This document shows, in pieces, positions 25,373 to 38,094 of a DNA stretch of 64,000 nt. Source of the DNA: Lingula anatina (taxonomy: Eukaryota > Animalia > Brachiopoda); contig CM120640.1 in NCBI GenBank assembly GCA_051362555.1, positions 14,322,001-14,386,000 on the forward strand, given 5' to 3'. The number at the start of each line of letters is the position of its first letter. Position 1 is the stretch's first letter. The position numbers were made by a program, and so were the translations under genes. Under the pieces are notes generated by a model that worked only from the letters and a program-made list of their open reading frames with translations, had not been told where the DNA came from and searched no databases.

Positions 25373-28300
25373 ATGGCCGGCCGGGTCCATGTGGATGTCA
25401 GTGAAAGGAGATTAAGGCCCATTTATGGTATTAATGAGCGTTTTATAATACAAATACTCCCTGTGTATATAATTTGTTACGTAATGATTTCAGATTGTTA
25501 TTTCTTTATTCTGTTCTCATTCCAGTTTATGCACAAAAAACAATTGTACCATGATTCGCACTGTTTTTCCTATTTCGCTGTGTAGTACATACACAGACGC
25601 AAAATTACAAATCGTCTTATTACATTTACGGATCTTCTGTAGAAAAGACAATTATTATTTCTAATTGTGATCGTACAATTTGAATAGTAACATGGTTCTG
25701 AACAATGGCATTTTTGTTACTAATTCATAATTGCCGTTTAATGTGAATATACATGTAGCACATCTGTTCAGAAGCCTTTATCATTTATGTTACTTTAGGC
25801 CTTAACATTTGTGCTACAGAACGGCCTGCAAAGACTTTCTCTCAAGCAGGAGCAGAGCTAATTGCCATTTAGACAGTTACAATTTTTTTCATCATGGGTA
25901 GTAGTAGCACTCTTGAAAAAAATATTTTTACCACTGATAAAATTATACATTTACCAAGATCTGTAATGCCTTATCCGCTACCTATTTCAAGATGAAGTAT
26001 GCCATTTAAAGCTTAATCTTTTTCTGCACACCCTGGGGCTTTATAACATAAGAATTATCTCTTGAGAGATAAGGGCACAATATGTTTTTGTGATGGGTTA
26101 TAAAGTCTGTTTGTAAACAGGGGGAAAGGAGATGCAAATTGAAATGCTTACAATTAAAACTTTGCCCATGCTTTTAGATTGTTTGGACAATGGCAACAAC
26201 AAAGAGGCTATTAAAGAAGCAGACAAAGTTCTCAAGAAGCAGAAGAACTTTCAATGTGCTAAGGTGATTACACACTTGACATAGTCCAACCAATATCGCT
26301 TCATTTTTCCTAAAAAATAAGTTATTTCTTGGTGTTGTTCAGTGACATTTGACTGATAATGTTTGGTATGCTCAATAATAGACTTTAAACAATATTTTTT
26401 GTTACCTGTTTATTAAATCTTGGAGTATACTATGCTTTGTAGGTCTTGAAAGCACTTGCACTTTTGAGAACAGGAAAACAAGATGAAAGCTGCAATATAC
26501 TCAAAGCAGTTCATGCAGAACATCCAACAGATGACTCCACTCTTCAAGCAATGGTTATCTGCTACAAAGAAATGCATGAGTGTAAGAATTATTTTCAACT
26601 TTACAACAGCAACAAATTTCTCACAAATTATTAATAAATAATTAGATCCAATTACAGTACATTTAACTTAATGCATATGGATATTCTCTATGCCCACCTA
26701 TTTTTTCAGTGGATCAGATCGCAACCTTGTATGAAAATGCCAGTAAGGCACAGCCAGACAACGAAGAAATTCTGTCAGCTTTGTTCATGGCCTATGTCAG
26801 AATTGGAAACTACAAGAAACAACAGCAGACTGCTATGGCTCTGCACAGACTTCAGCCCCACAAGAATCCATACTATTTCTGGGCAGTGATGAGCATTGTT
26901 ATGCAGGTAGACCTCATTTAATGAATGTATCAGACCATAGAAAGGATTTCAGTTAATGTATTTCTGTCATAGAATGGAAATGAAGGAATGGTTTAAGTTG
27001 TAAAGCAGCCCAATGTTCTTTAGTATCGAAAAATGTTTGAAAAATAGTTTTTGATTGTAATTTATGTAACTGTGTTTGTTTTGTTTCTTGTGTAGGCCCA
27101 TGAAACAGAAAACCTTGCCAAAACCATGTTCCTTCCATTAGCTGAAAGAATGGCCCAGAAATATGTAAAAGATGATAAGATCGAAGCTGAAGCAGGTAAA
27201 TATTTTACGCTGAAGTTTCTAAATTTAAGCTGTGCCATTTCATGAATATCTGCATTGTCTTCATCACAACATCTTTATCTGGCATTTTGGTGAGAGGTGT
27301 TGTGCATATTAGTTTTTTTTTACATTTATTTATCAGTCTTTTTAAAAAAATTATTTATATATTTTGCAGAGGTCCAGCTATATCTGATGATTCTAGACCT
27401 CCTAGATAAGCCACAAGAGGCACTTAAAATGGTGGAAGGCCCCTTGGGAGGTAAAGTTGTTCAGAAGAATGTAATTTATGTTTACCAGTTCCATCATTGC
27501 CAGTGACACAGTCATCCTTTCATACACTGAGTGTCAACACCTATAGTTAGATAATTGGCTGTTCTGTCCTGTCTACTGAAAATGTCTATTATTACAGAAA
27601 GCAAAAGAGAAAGAAACACATCATGAATGGTTATTGCTGTTCTTCTTGTTGCCCGTTTAATCTTTACCCACCATCAAGATATAGTAACTTTTAGGAGTAT
27701 GATAATTTTTCTTCCCATTAGTGTTCTGAAGTTGTAGTTTTAACTCTTAACATTTTTGAGTTTTAGAGCTTGTGACAAAAATCAATTTGTAATGTATTTT
27801 CAAATATTGGTTATTGTTGTTGTAAATTTTTATATCTTTATGTCATTTAGCAAAATTCATGTCATTTTAGCAAAATTAACCATGGAGCAGAATCTTTGCC
27901 AAACAAAGAGAGGGGAGCTTTGCATTCAGTTAAAAAAGTGGCCACAGGCAAACATGATTTTCAGACAATTGCTGTTAGACAAGTGAGTGTACATAAGATG
28001 ATCGTAGAGTTGACAATTAGCAAAAAGCTCCTGTGCTTGGATAAAGAGCAGTTGGTTTAAATTATTGTAGAATGTTGAAAAATTGAACATCTGCAGATGT
28101 TACAACAGTGTGCCTTATGTAGTTAGCAGGTGAAATATGAAATAGAGTGAAGGCAATTTCACCCTTGTTCATTCATCTTTTCAGTCCAGATAACTGGTAC
28201 TTTTATTCCCAGTACCTGAAGTCGCTGTTTGCTCTTATAGAACAAGATTGGAGCCCTGAACCAGGCAGCAGGTACAAATCAAAAAAATTTTATCTGTCTT

Positions 28301-31300
28301 TAAAATATATATTTTTCTGTACTATGTTAATGATCATTGTACAGAAGAGATTACATTAATAGTGTCAAAATGAGCAGTTCTCACTAGACTGGTCACTGTG
28401 TACAGTCTCTTGACATCAGTATGACTGGTCAGGTCTTGAGAGATGGGATGAAAGGTTTCACAGGTGTGCTTTCAAAAGTTTGCGTAGGAAGTGAAATTTT
28501 TTCTCAGCATGAGTAACAATATTACACAGATTAACTTCCTGCAGAATATTTATTAACTTATGTAGTCCATTTTAATGTGCGTGATCAGTGATATATCTTT
28601 TTAATTTTTTTCCAGTGAAGAGGGACCAATTGACAACACAGTAGAAAAAGCTTTGAACTTTATCTCTGAGAGAATAGAAGAAACGAAAGAAAACCAAAAG
28701 CCTCAAAGAGGACCATACCTTGCTCGCTTGGAACTGTACAAATTATTACGCCAATCAAATAAACCAGAATTAGATAAACTAGGTATGCTTTCATTCATTT
28801 ACTTTTCACTTCTTTAGGGGCCTTGTCTTCAAATACCAACTTAACTGAAGTAAACAAAATTTAAACTAAAAATGCCTGTTTTTAGTAAACATGTTTGTTT
28901 TATGTAAATGTAATATTATTTATCTATTTTCCCAGGTTCTGCCTTCCAATTATTAGAAGAATACTTTGACTTATATGGAAGCAAGCCATGCTGCTTCATG
29001 GATTTGAAACCCTATATGTGTTTGTTGGAGGATGATGAAAAACAAAAGGTAGCAAGGAAATAGAAAGTTAGATAGCTTACACCAGGTGTTGTTAGAAATT
29101 TAAATCTGTTTATAAGATGAAGATTGCTTAAACATTTTACAGAGGCATGTTGTTTGGCCTGAAATTCACAAATATTCAAGTTTCAGTTAAGTACAATGTA
29201 TCATAAGGTATCCATAATATGAAATTATCCAGAGAAATGTCTGCATTAACAGGATTAAACTTTAAGATTAATTTTGCATTTTTTTCCCTTTTTTTTAGTG
29301 GTGCAACTTTATGTTGGAAAAAGTGTGTTTAGTGTCTGGTGATCAGCTTCCTGAAAATGTGAGTATGTTGCATGCCAGATATACTCTTTTTTTTTCTTTT
29401 AATAACTTAACTTATCTGACTTAGAAGTGAGATTGAAATTAATTTGTACCTTACATGATAATTACAGTTAACATAAAAAGATTACATCATGCACTTGAAA
29501 TTATAACCCATGTATTGTTGTTATTATCTTTCAACAATCTGCAGCAGAAACACATGCAGCAACACTTGAATGTCTGTCAGCTGCAGAGACATATCGGGGA
29601 ACATCATAAAACCACTCATGAAGAAAAACTCCTGCTCATTCAACAATTGTTCAAGAGGTACAAACATGGCCTTCAGTTTGGTACGTGAGCCACAATGCAC
29701 TGTTTTATATATTCATAGACTGTATGAAGCGTTTTAGAACTTGTGACATTAAACTTTGCTTGTAGGATGTGAAAAGTTATGAATTGATGGATTCTGCTGT
29801 AATTTAAGCAGCTGTATAAAATACTGAATTAATTTGTCCAGTGTTAACAGACAGTCTGTGTAATGATAGTTAAAAGATTTTAAAATCCTGTGTAATAGTG
29901 TAAAAACGTAAAAAATCCATGCTGGCTGTCATATTGCAGGCCAGGAGCTATTGACCACAGACTTGCAGCACAGTGATAACTATCTTCTTTTGGCAGTGCA
30001 TCTGTTAGTGGATGTGTGGAGAGAAACAGGTGGGACAACTCTTTCATTTTAAGTGTTGTCAATAGTGCATGCATAGATGACAAAAATATAAAACTATGTT
30101 ATCTATGTAATGTCTTCAAGCTGTATCTCTTTTCTTCCATACACTGTTGCATGTAAATTATATTAATGACTTTTATTAATTGAGTGATAATACTATTTTA
30201 CTGTGTAGAATCATTTTCTTTAAAATTAACATACATTATTATAAGCCTCTTCTTGCAACTATCAAAGTCATCTGACTGCGGTATATTCTGTTTTAATAAT
30301 AATATAATTATAATAATAATAATAAGATTCTTATATGGCACCTTACATTCTATCTCAAGGTGCCTTACAATAATGGCTAATATACTAAAATCATTTTTGC
30401 TTGGGTAAAATCTTATTGGCTTGTAGTTGGTTTATTATGCTGAGCAGCATTGGGTTTATCCTTACTAACATGTTGTGTTTTTGTTTTGCAGGACAGCAGC
30501 AGTTTCTCAGGGAAGCAATTGTGCAGCTAGAAGAAGCTCTTCAAAAAAGTCCATCCAGTTTCCAATTTAAAATGGCTCTTATAAAACTGTATTGCTTATT
30601 AGGTGGGTACACTTTTATGTGTCATGGCACATTAATTTTGTTGGTTTAAAGTTGTATATAATGTTATGTAGTTATCTTTTAGTTTGGAACCGGTTAGAAA
30701 TAATGAAAATTTTTGTATCTTTAAGTCAATTTTATTCAGTGTTTGATTCAGTGACAATACCAGTGTCAGTATATCTGGCATCTTAATGTGTACATTATGC
30801 CGCTTCCATTACAGGTGCTTTTGGTCCTTGCCCAGCTGTGTATGACAGCATGGATATCAAGCATATACAGAACGATACATTAGGGTAAGCTTTTGGGGTT
30901 TTTTTGTGAAGATAGATGCAAAACATGAATGGTGGTGGCATAAAATGTTGATACAGTTGGCAAGTATGGTCACCAGTTGGACAGATTTGCAATATGCAGG
31001 ATAATTGTAAGGTAGCTGGTGCTTACTGCTGTAAGAAATGGCTCATTCAAGATTGAAGTAGTGTCCATTTATATTGAAGATCTACTTTTTTTTTTTTTTT
31101 TTTCAGTTATCTAGTCAGCAACAGTGTCTCCAAGCTTGGGTTCCTCAACTCTGCCTGTGCCATGTACGGATCAATGCTGAGATTCTTTTCTGTGAACCAC
31201 AAAGATGTAAGGGAAATTTGTTTTGTTTCGGGTTTAATAACAAACTTCGTCAGTGCTTATCTGATGGAATTTTTCAGTTTTGACACTTCATGTAAACATT

Positions 31301-34300
31301 GAGCAGAAAAATACATTCAAATTATTATATAAAAAAAAAACAAAAAAAAAAAAACGTTGAAATGATTTTTATTAATACATTTGAAAATGCTCTCTTTTTT
31401 TGATCATGCTTTTTTTTATTTCAGACCACAGAATACTTGATACAAGCTTACAGATATGGTTCTTTTACTAAGGTAAATTTTAGCAGATAAAGCTTACAGA
31501 AATCACTATGAAAATCATGTAATGTAAATTATAATGTATATTTTCAAGATTCAAAATAGTATCTTCTTTGATAATTGGTTTTGATGATGCACACCATCAG
31601 TATTGAAAATTTTAGGTCCAGGAGTTTGTCAGGTTTCGTGAGCGCCTGCAACAGTCTCTTCAGTATGCCTCAGCCACAGAAGAACGACGCCTCCTGGATC
31701 TTACCATAGATACTGATAGGTGAGATGTTATTCAGTAAAATTACTATTAACCTAGGCAATGTATAAACCAGAAGGCAAGAACTGTTTGTGTTGTATTTTT
31801 ATGTGCAGACACAGATAATTCAAGTGATCAGAGTTGTTAATAATGCATCAGCAAATCCATCAAGAGTAGGGTGTCATCAAGAAATATTTTTGTTTACAAT
31901 CACAAATCCATTAAACAGAGCACTATGTGGTCTTCCCGTTTGTTATGTGGTCCTCATTTTGTGTATGAAATGTAATTTCTTTGCAGTCACAGCAGCACTG
32001 AGAAGATGCTGGGCTACATGGATGTAGAGCCCGACAAAGGTGAACTTTTGATTCATAATAAGCAGAAGCTATCATGATTATGCTTAGTGTTACAGGCTTT
32101 GAATTTTGTTACGCCTGTCACATCCAACATTTATATTTTAAAGTTGTATCAAAATTTGTTACAAATTACAGGTTCTTGTGCTACAGAAATCCTGTAATTG
32201 ATAGAAAATTCATCATGACTTGGAAATTCTGTAATCCTTACATGTGATAAATTTGCCATGAAGAATTATCATTAAAAGATTTGCAATTTTTATTTCAGAT
32301 ACCATTTCATGGGCCAAACTAAGAGATAACAGAGATTTGGAAGCCATGTTATCCTGGGATCCTGAAGACAGGTTTGTTTGTTAGTTAGCAAAAAAAAAAG
32401 GCTAAACACTGAACAGTAAATTGTCTTTTCCTAGTTTTGATAAGTGTAAAATTGGCAATTAAAAATTATTTTTCTTGACAAGTTTGTGTGTGTAAGTGTG
32501 TAATTTATATTATTTATATTCAAATAACATAGAGAAAAATTTCCATGACAATTTTACAGGGGTATGAATGACGAAGTAAAGCAGAGGTCCGAGGAGGAAG
32601 AGGTAACTCTCTTGAACACGTATTTATTGTTTAAAGCATTTCAATATTAATCTTAGTTTTTACATAGCAGTTCCCTTATAGGGCATTTACTCAGTTAATC
32701 AAATGAGGGTAAAACAAGTGGTAAAATATTGATTTGTGATAAAAACCTTTTTTCTTTACAGATTCAATGGCTCAAGATTCGAAACTTGACATTTCGCTGT
32801 CTAGCAGCATCTGTGATGTTGAGCAAAAGTGACTCGAGTACCAATGCTCATGTAACCAATAATACAACCAATGATAATAACAATGTGAACAAAGACACTT
32901 GGAAACTATTGGAAAGGTTGTGTGAAGAGTTAAGGCAACATTTAGACTCCTGCAAGGCATCAAATTTGAAAACCCAGGTAAAAAAATTGTGCAGATATTA
33001 TTGACTTTCATTCAACTATTAGGCAGTCATCTCTCTCTCTCTCTCTTACTCTCTCTCTCTCTCTCTCTCTCTCATTTTCTTGGGACAGCAGAAAATGGTA
33101 AAAGTAATAGCTACAGGTAATGCCACATGCTGCATTGGAGTATCATATGTTGGATAATTTTTTTTTTTTTATAAAAGATACAAGCGACCATGAGCAGCTA
33201 CAGGGTGAAATAAGTTTTCCATTGTTTCTTGTAACTAATGATGCTTAAACAGGTAAATTATTTCTAATGAGATAACAGGTTTTAACCCATGAGGCATGAT
33301 GTTTCAAACCTTCATCAGTGGGTCTCGAGCACATGACTTTTAGATGATGTGAGCTTATACACTTGATGCCATTTCGTCTTAGGGTCAGTCACATGATCAA
33401 GGGCCTTTGAAGAAGGGTTGAAATATTGTGCTTTTTTGGTAAAGGTATTTTTTTATCTGTTTAGAAATGATTTCCTTTTTTTCATTGAGCAGCTCCTAGT
33501 TTTATATTCTGAAATACTTATAAAATGGTGTGAAATGCTGTGTTTCAGTATCCCCTCTCAGGTCCTTGTCCAACAAGGTTATCAGCTTATCTACAAGGAG
33601 GACATGGTCAGCTGTTTGTGACCATGGTGGACAATGTACTCTATGTGCGGAAACAATATGAAGAAAAGTCAGGTAAGATATCTAACTCTAAAATTGGTTA
33701 CCCAAAGTATCCCTTTTTTCCAGATTCTCCAAATTTTTGTTCATATGTATGTCACACATTACAGAATTTCCAGTTTTGCAAACTTCGGGGCTCTACTCCT
33801 TATTGTTTTAAGTGTAATAATAAAACCAAATGCTTTTTGAATGCCATTTTAACAAACCAGTCATGACGTTTCAAGCATAACGAGAGCTATATTTTGTTCT
33901 TAATTTTCAGATAAAGGAGACCCTGAGAAAGAGCAGCAGTTGGCATCTGTGCATGAAACGATTCAAGGTATGAAAACACTAGTTATTATTATTATACAAA
34001 TTATTATTGATCCCTTGTTAGTATTTATACAATTGTAAATAAGTAGCAAAGTTAAACTTTGAAAACTGGACAAAAGTTTCAGAAGTATGGCATTGGAATC
34101 TTAAGTTCTGTACAAAAACATATAGACATTACTAATTGAGAGCAAGGTGGCAAGCTGTTATAGACATCTGGCAAATAAACCTCCCTGTCTCTGTTTATTA
34201 ATGGCTATGAATATTTTTGGGGGAGGACTACAGACTGCTCAGAATCTAAGATTTTAATGGAATTCCAGTCAATGTCGTGGTCTTTGTTGGCAGAATGTTC

Positions 34301-35663
34301 CACAATGGTCAGTTAGAACTGTTTGCCGTAACAGGTTTCTTACTCAATATGTGAATCCATACACAATTCTTGATAATTTTTTTTCTGCAAGATTTGTTAT
34401 GTATGAAATCCCTATATTTCAGCACTGTTGCAATCCCAGTCCCAGTCTGTTATAGATGATGTGACTGGAGACCTCCAAGCTGACCTGCTGGAGAAATGGG
34501 GTCTCCTTGCTGAGGTGAGGGGAAACAATAAAATTGAGAAGTGATACCATTTTATATTGAAAGATGTCACTGTATTAACATATTATATTCACTTTCAAAC
34601 AAGGTATTAGTAGAAATTTATAGAAATGATGGTTTAATGTTACAGTAATTGTTTTAGGTATTCAAAAACAGCATAGATGTTGAAGTGATGGTTGTAAAAT
34701 GGACACAGTAACAATCTGGCTATATTACTGAATTTCAGACACTAGCTTACCTATCAGTTTTATTGGGTGTGTGCAATAAAATGCTCAAGCCATGGAAAAC
34801 TTCACTTACAAAGAAAAAGAAGAAGAAAAACCCAGGAACAGTTGTACTGGTAAATATGCCTCATACTGTGGGTTAAGAAACGTGTGTTAGATGTTAGCCA
34901 AATAAGTGATTGAGACACTTCTGCAGCTTTTACAAAAGATATTTTTCTCTTCAAATTTAAAGTAAGGAAAAATGTTCCCATTTTTAATGTGCTAATTTAT
35001 TCAGGTATTATTTTTATTGGTACAAATAGTTGGGTTTTGTGACTTCTCACTGATGTGGTAACACCAAAATATTTGTTGGATTTGTTTCATGAATTTGAAT
35101 CCATAAAAGAGAATTTATACTGCATTTATCTTGCTTTTGCTTTGAACACCTTTTTTTTTTTTACAATTTCAGCCTGCAACTTTTGATCATTTTAACACAG
35201 TTGTCCAAAAAGTGGAACACTGCACTGAAGAATTTCACAAAGTCATCCAGGGAGTAGATGCACAAATATTGTCTTTGGAAGTGCAATCTCTCAAGCTTGC
35301 AGATTCTTTGCAGCAAACGGTAGGTAATGCCAAAGAGGTCAACTTGCTGGGTGTTCAGTTCCACTAAGTCTGTTGTGTAGTGTAATTTTTTTATCAGTAT
35401 GTTAAAAAGTTTGCATTTTTCTTTTAACATGAATTTATTTTTGATAAATTTCATGAACATAAAGTTTCTACATAAGTGTAAATTACCTTGGAATCCCAGT
35501 TGTTTTGTAAACAGGGAAACATGTTTTGGCATTCTTTCAGCATGAAGACGGTATCAAGACGGACGTGTGGAAGAAAATCCAAGCCAGTTACCAACAGTCT
35601 GCCAAAGAACTTTCACAATATCTTCAACACAAGATCAAATATTTACATGCACTCAAACTATGA
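25373..35663 (+). CDS. NAA25: N-alpha-acetyltransferase 25, NatB auxiliary subunit
   Basis: 28 phase-compatible GT-AG exons from 25373-25427 (MAGRVHVDVSERRLRPIYD) and 26178-26263 (CLDNGNNKEAIKEADKVLKK) through 26710-26906 (PHKNPYYFWAVMSIVMQ) and 30815-30884 (MDIKHIQNDTLG) to 35541-35663 (TGA). Confidence 0.96.
30294..30370 (-). mobile_element. 3' tail of an L2-type LINE/SINE, 5'-truncated
   Basis: On the minus strand, a stem-loop tgtaaggcaccttgag...aaggtgccatataagaat is followed by a (TTA)n tail. Confidence 0.5.
33029..33073. repeat. (CT)n microsatellite
   Basis: Read directly from the sequence. Confidence 0.95.
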
Positions 35664-37439
35664 TGAAGAGGTCCCCAAGGAACAAAGCATGCTCATGCCA
35701 TCTCCATCAGTCTTGTTTAGCATTCACAGAGTAATGCTTTAGGTTTTCTATAGATAAATTTTACATGTACAATTTGTTTCTTAAATTATAGAGGGGTAGG
35801 TTTTTGCCTTTCCTTGAAGATGAAGGATGTGGGAGATTTTCATAATTCACTCACTTTACCCACTTGATAAATAGACTTTAGTCTTTTTTAATGCCATTGA
35901 AATGCATGATAAATTGAGTTGTAATTCTAAACAAGCTTACGTGATGTGAAACTGCAATAAACTCCAAGAGCTTAGATGTTTTGGGAGTCGGTAGTTTATC
36001 TCATGAACAAGATTCAAATGAAAATATACCTCTTAGTTTATAAGATTTTCAACCTTATTGTGAAACCTATAAATGATTAACTTCTTCAGTTCAGTGCTTT
36101 AAAATAGAAAAGATCCTCGCAAGAATAACATTTGTAGATTGTTAGCACAAAACTTAAAGTACAGTTGCAATCTGTAAAATATAATTGACACACACCCAAA
36201 ACTTATTTTTACATCCCAAAAGTCCAAATGAATTTTGGTGTTGCAATAATCTTGTCACTGGCTTACTTTCATAATTAAAATTGAAAATCAGATTTTGATA
36301 AGATTTCACATTATGCCTCTTTCGTGTACTTTTTATTCTTCTGGTCCTTTCGAATGACAAATCTGGGACAGTAAAATTTTATTACTATGATTTACTATAT
36401 CACTATGAAAACGTACAAAGGTTGTTAAATGAACATTAGCTGATGATATATGAAACAAACACCACATGGAGAATCGCACTTTAGTCAGTGCTTGATGAGA
36501 AAAGCAGTTAAAGTTGAATTTTTTTTTAAAATTTAAACTTGCATCATGATTGGCAAAACTCCAAATTATCACAATAATGAACACATTTAATTCCAAAGGA
36601 CATTCAAGGCAGAATGCAAGTAAATGTTACTTTATTTCTAATGGCAAAAGCCTATTTTAACTAAAAGAAAAGCATGCACTCTGCACTGCAATATGTAGAA
36701 AAGACCACATACATCTTGATAAAGCCTGTCGCATTTTGGTAATCTTTAAAATTATTAATTAGGAGGCTGAGTTTTTAAAACATTCAGCCATTTTGTAAAA
36801 AGCTTCCTATGAGCTTGTCCTTTTTCTTGAAGTATCTCTTTCAGCAAAATGAAACTGGTATTTGTTCGTCATGTTTGTATTTTAAATAAAATGCCTTCCT
36901 GTATGTCAGTCTTCTGTTGGAATGATTAAGTCTAGCGTAAGTCTACAAATCCAACCCTTGCTGTGTTCTTCTGCAAAAAACAGCATGATCCTCTGAAAAA
37001 ATAATATCAAAATTCAATTTAAAATCAAAATTATATTGTTTATTTTTATTTTTTAATTTCCTATGCGATCCATCAAAAGTGTGATGATGAACACAAAGGG
37101 GAAACTGAATTATCCGATTTCCGTTTCAAGTTTTGAAAGTTTACATCATAAAGTATTATGGGGTCACTTTTGTGTAACTAGACTTTAAAATATGCTTTAA
37201 ATTTAATTATATATACTTTGTATAACAATTATTAACAATTATCTAAAATTTCTATTACCAAACACACAAGAATACCCAATGAATCCTAGCAAGAATTTTT
37301 GTTGTTCAGCACATTATTACTTAAAACCAGCATAATAACTACTCCATATTCAATCTCTTACCTCCAAGGGTTCTTCTTCCAAACATTATTATGTGCCTGA
37401 CTTTTTTTAATTAATTCATTTAACAGTTAAACATCTTAC

Positions 37440-37499
37440 CTTTTTTGCAGTTTTACATTAACTTTCACTTTCCAGCAACATTATTTGTAGCAATTACAA
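37440..37499 (-). other. Putative downstream MGST3 mini-exon (coding tail for isoform B, UTR for A and D)
   Basis: Acceptor ggtcttctag, donor aag|gtaag. Spliced to exon B it gives ...KNCCNCYK* (stop 37481-37483). Confidence 0.5.
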
Positions 37500-37978
37500 C
37501 TAGAAGACCAACACTCTTACTCCTGACAGATCTACCCTAATCTGACCAAATCAATCGGACATCAAATTCCAGTGTGTTCGATAAAAACAACAAATAGAAT
37601 AAAATAAAATACCCATTTTGAAATAGGAAAAAAATAAATCCAACAAATTAAAGCTATGTCACATATGAAATTTTTTGGTCTTTTTCTCTGTGGTTATCAT
37701 AAAGACAGGATTTACAGTATTGTAATTTGGAAAAATTTCAAAAATTCAGAGTTGATGAAGGCAAAGAAGGAGAAAACTGCTTGAAGAACTGGCTGTAAGA
37801 ACAGTTTTCAGGTGTGCCCTACACACTGATGTACAGTTGTTTAAGCTTCTTGGTTACTCATAGTAAGTTTCACAGTTTTTAAAATTTCAAAAAGGGTAGA
37901 TTATTTTTAAACACCCTATACCTAATTCCTCAAACTCATATAAATATGAATTTCATCAAACTGTATAACCCACCTAGC

Positions 37979-38094
37979 TCAGCAGCAGGTGTGCCACTTG
38001 GGGCGCAATAAGTGATATGCTAGGGACAATGTATTCCCTAGCAGTCCCACTAGAGCAATACCATAGAAATAGCCTCTCTTCGCTTTCTCTGGGT
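37979..38094 (-). CDS. MGST3: MGST3 alternative TM4 exon D (most like vertebrate MGST3)
   Basis: ccgtttttttag|ac cca; DPEKAKRGYFYGIALVGLLGNTLSLAYHLLRPKWHTCC*. Donor ag|gtgggt 5 nt after the stop. Confidence 0.85.

Noticed and set aside
37531-37545. ctaccctaa as a telomerase-template-like motif
   Set aside because: It is an imperfect match to CTAACCCTAA with no supporting structure.
37974-37990. TGC-TGC-TGA in MGST3 exon D as selenocysteine or readthrough
   Set aside because: I found no convincing SECIS downstream (candidates near 36545 and 36868 lack the proper AA/GA geometry), there is no TGA-CTAG context, and a terminal CC matches the normal MGST3 tail.
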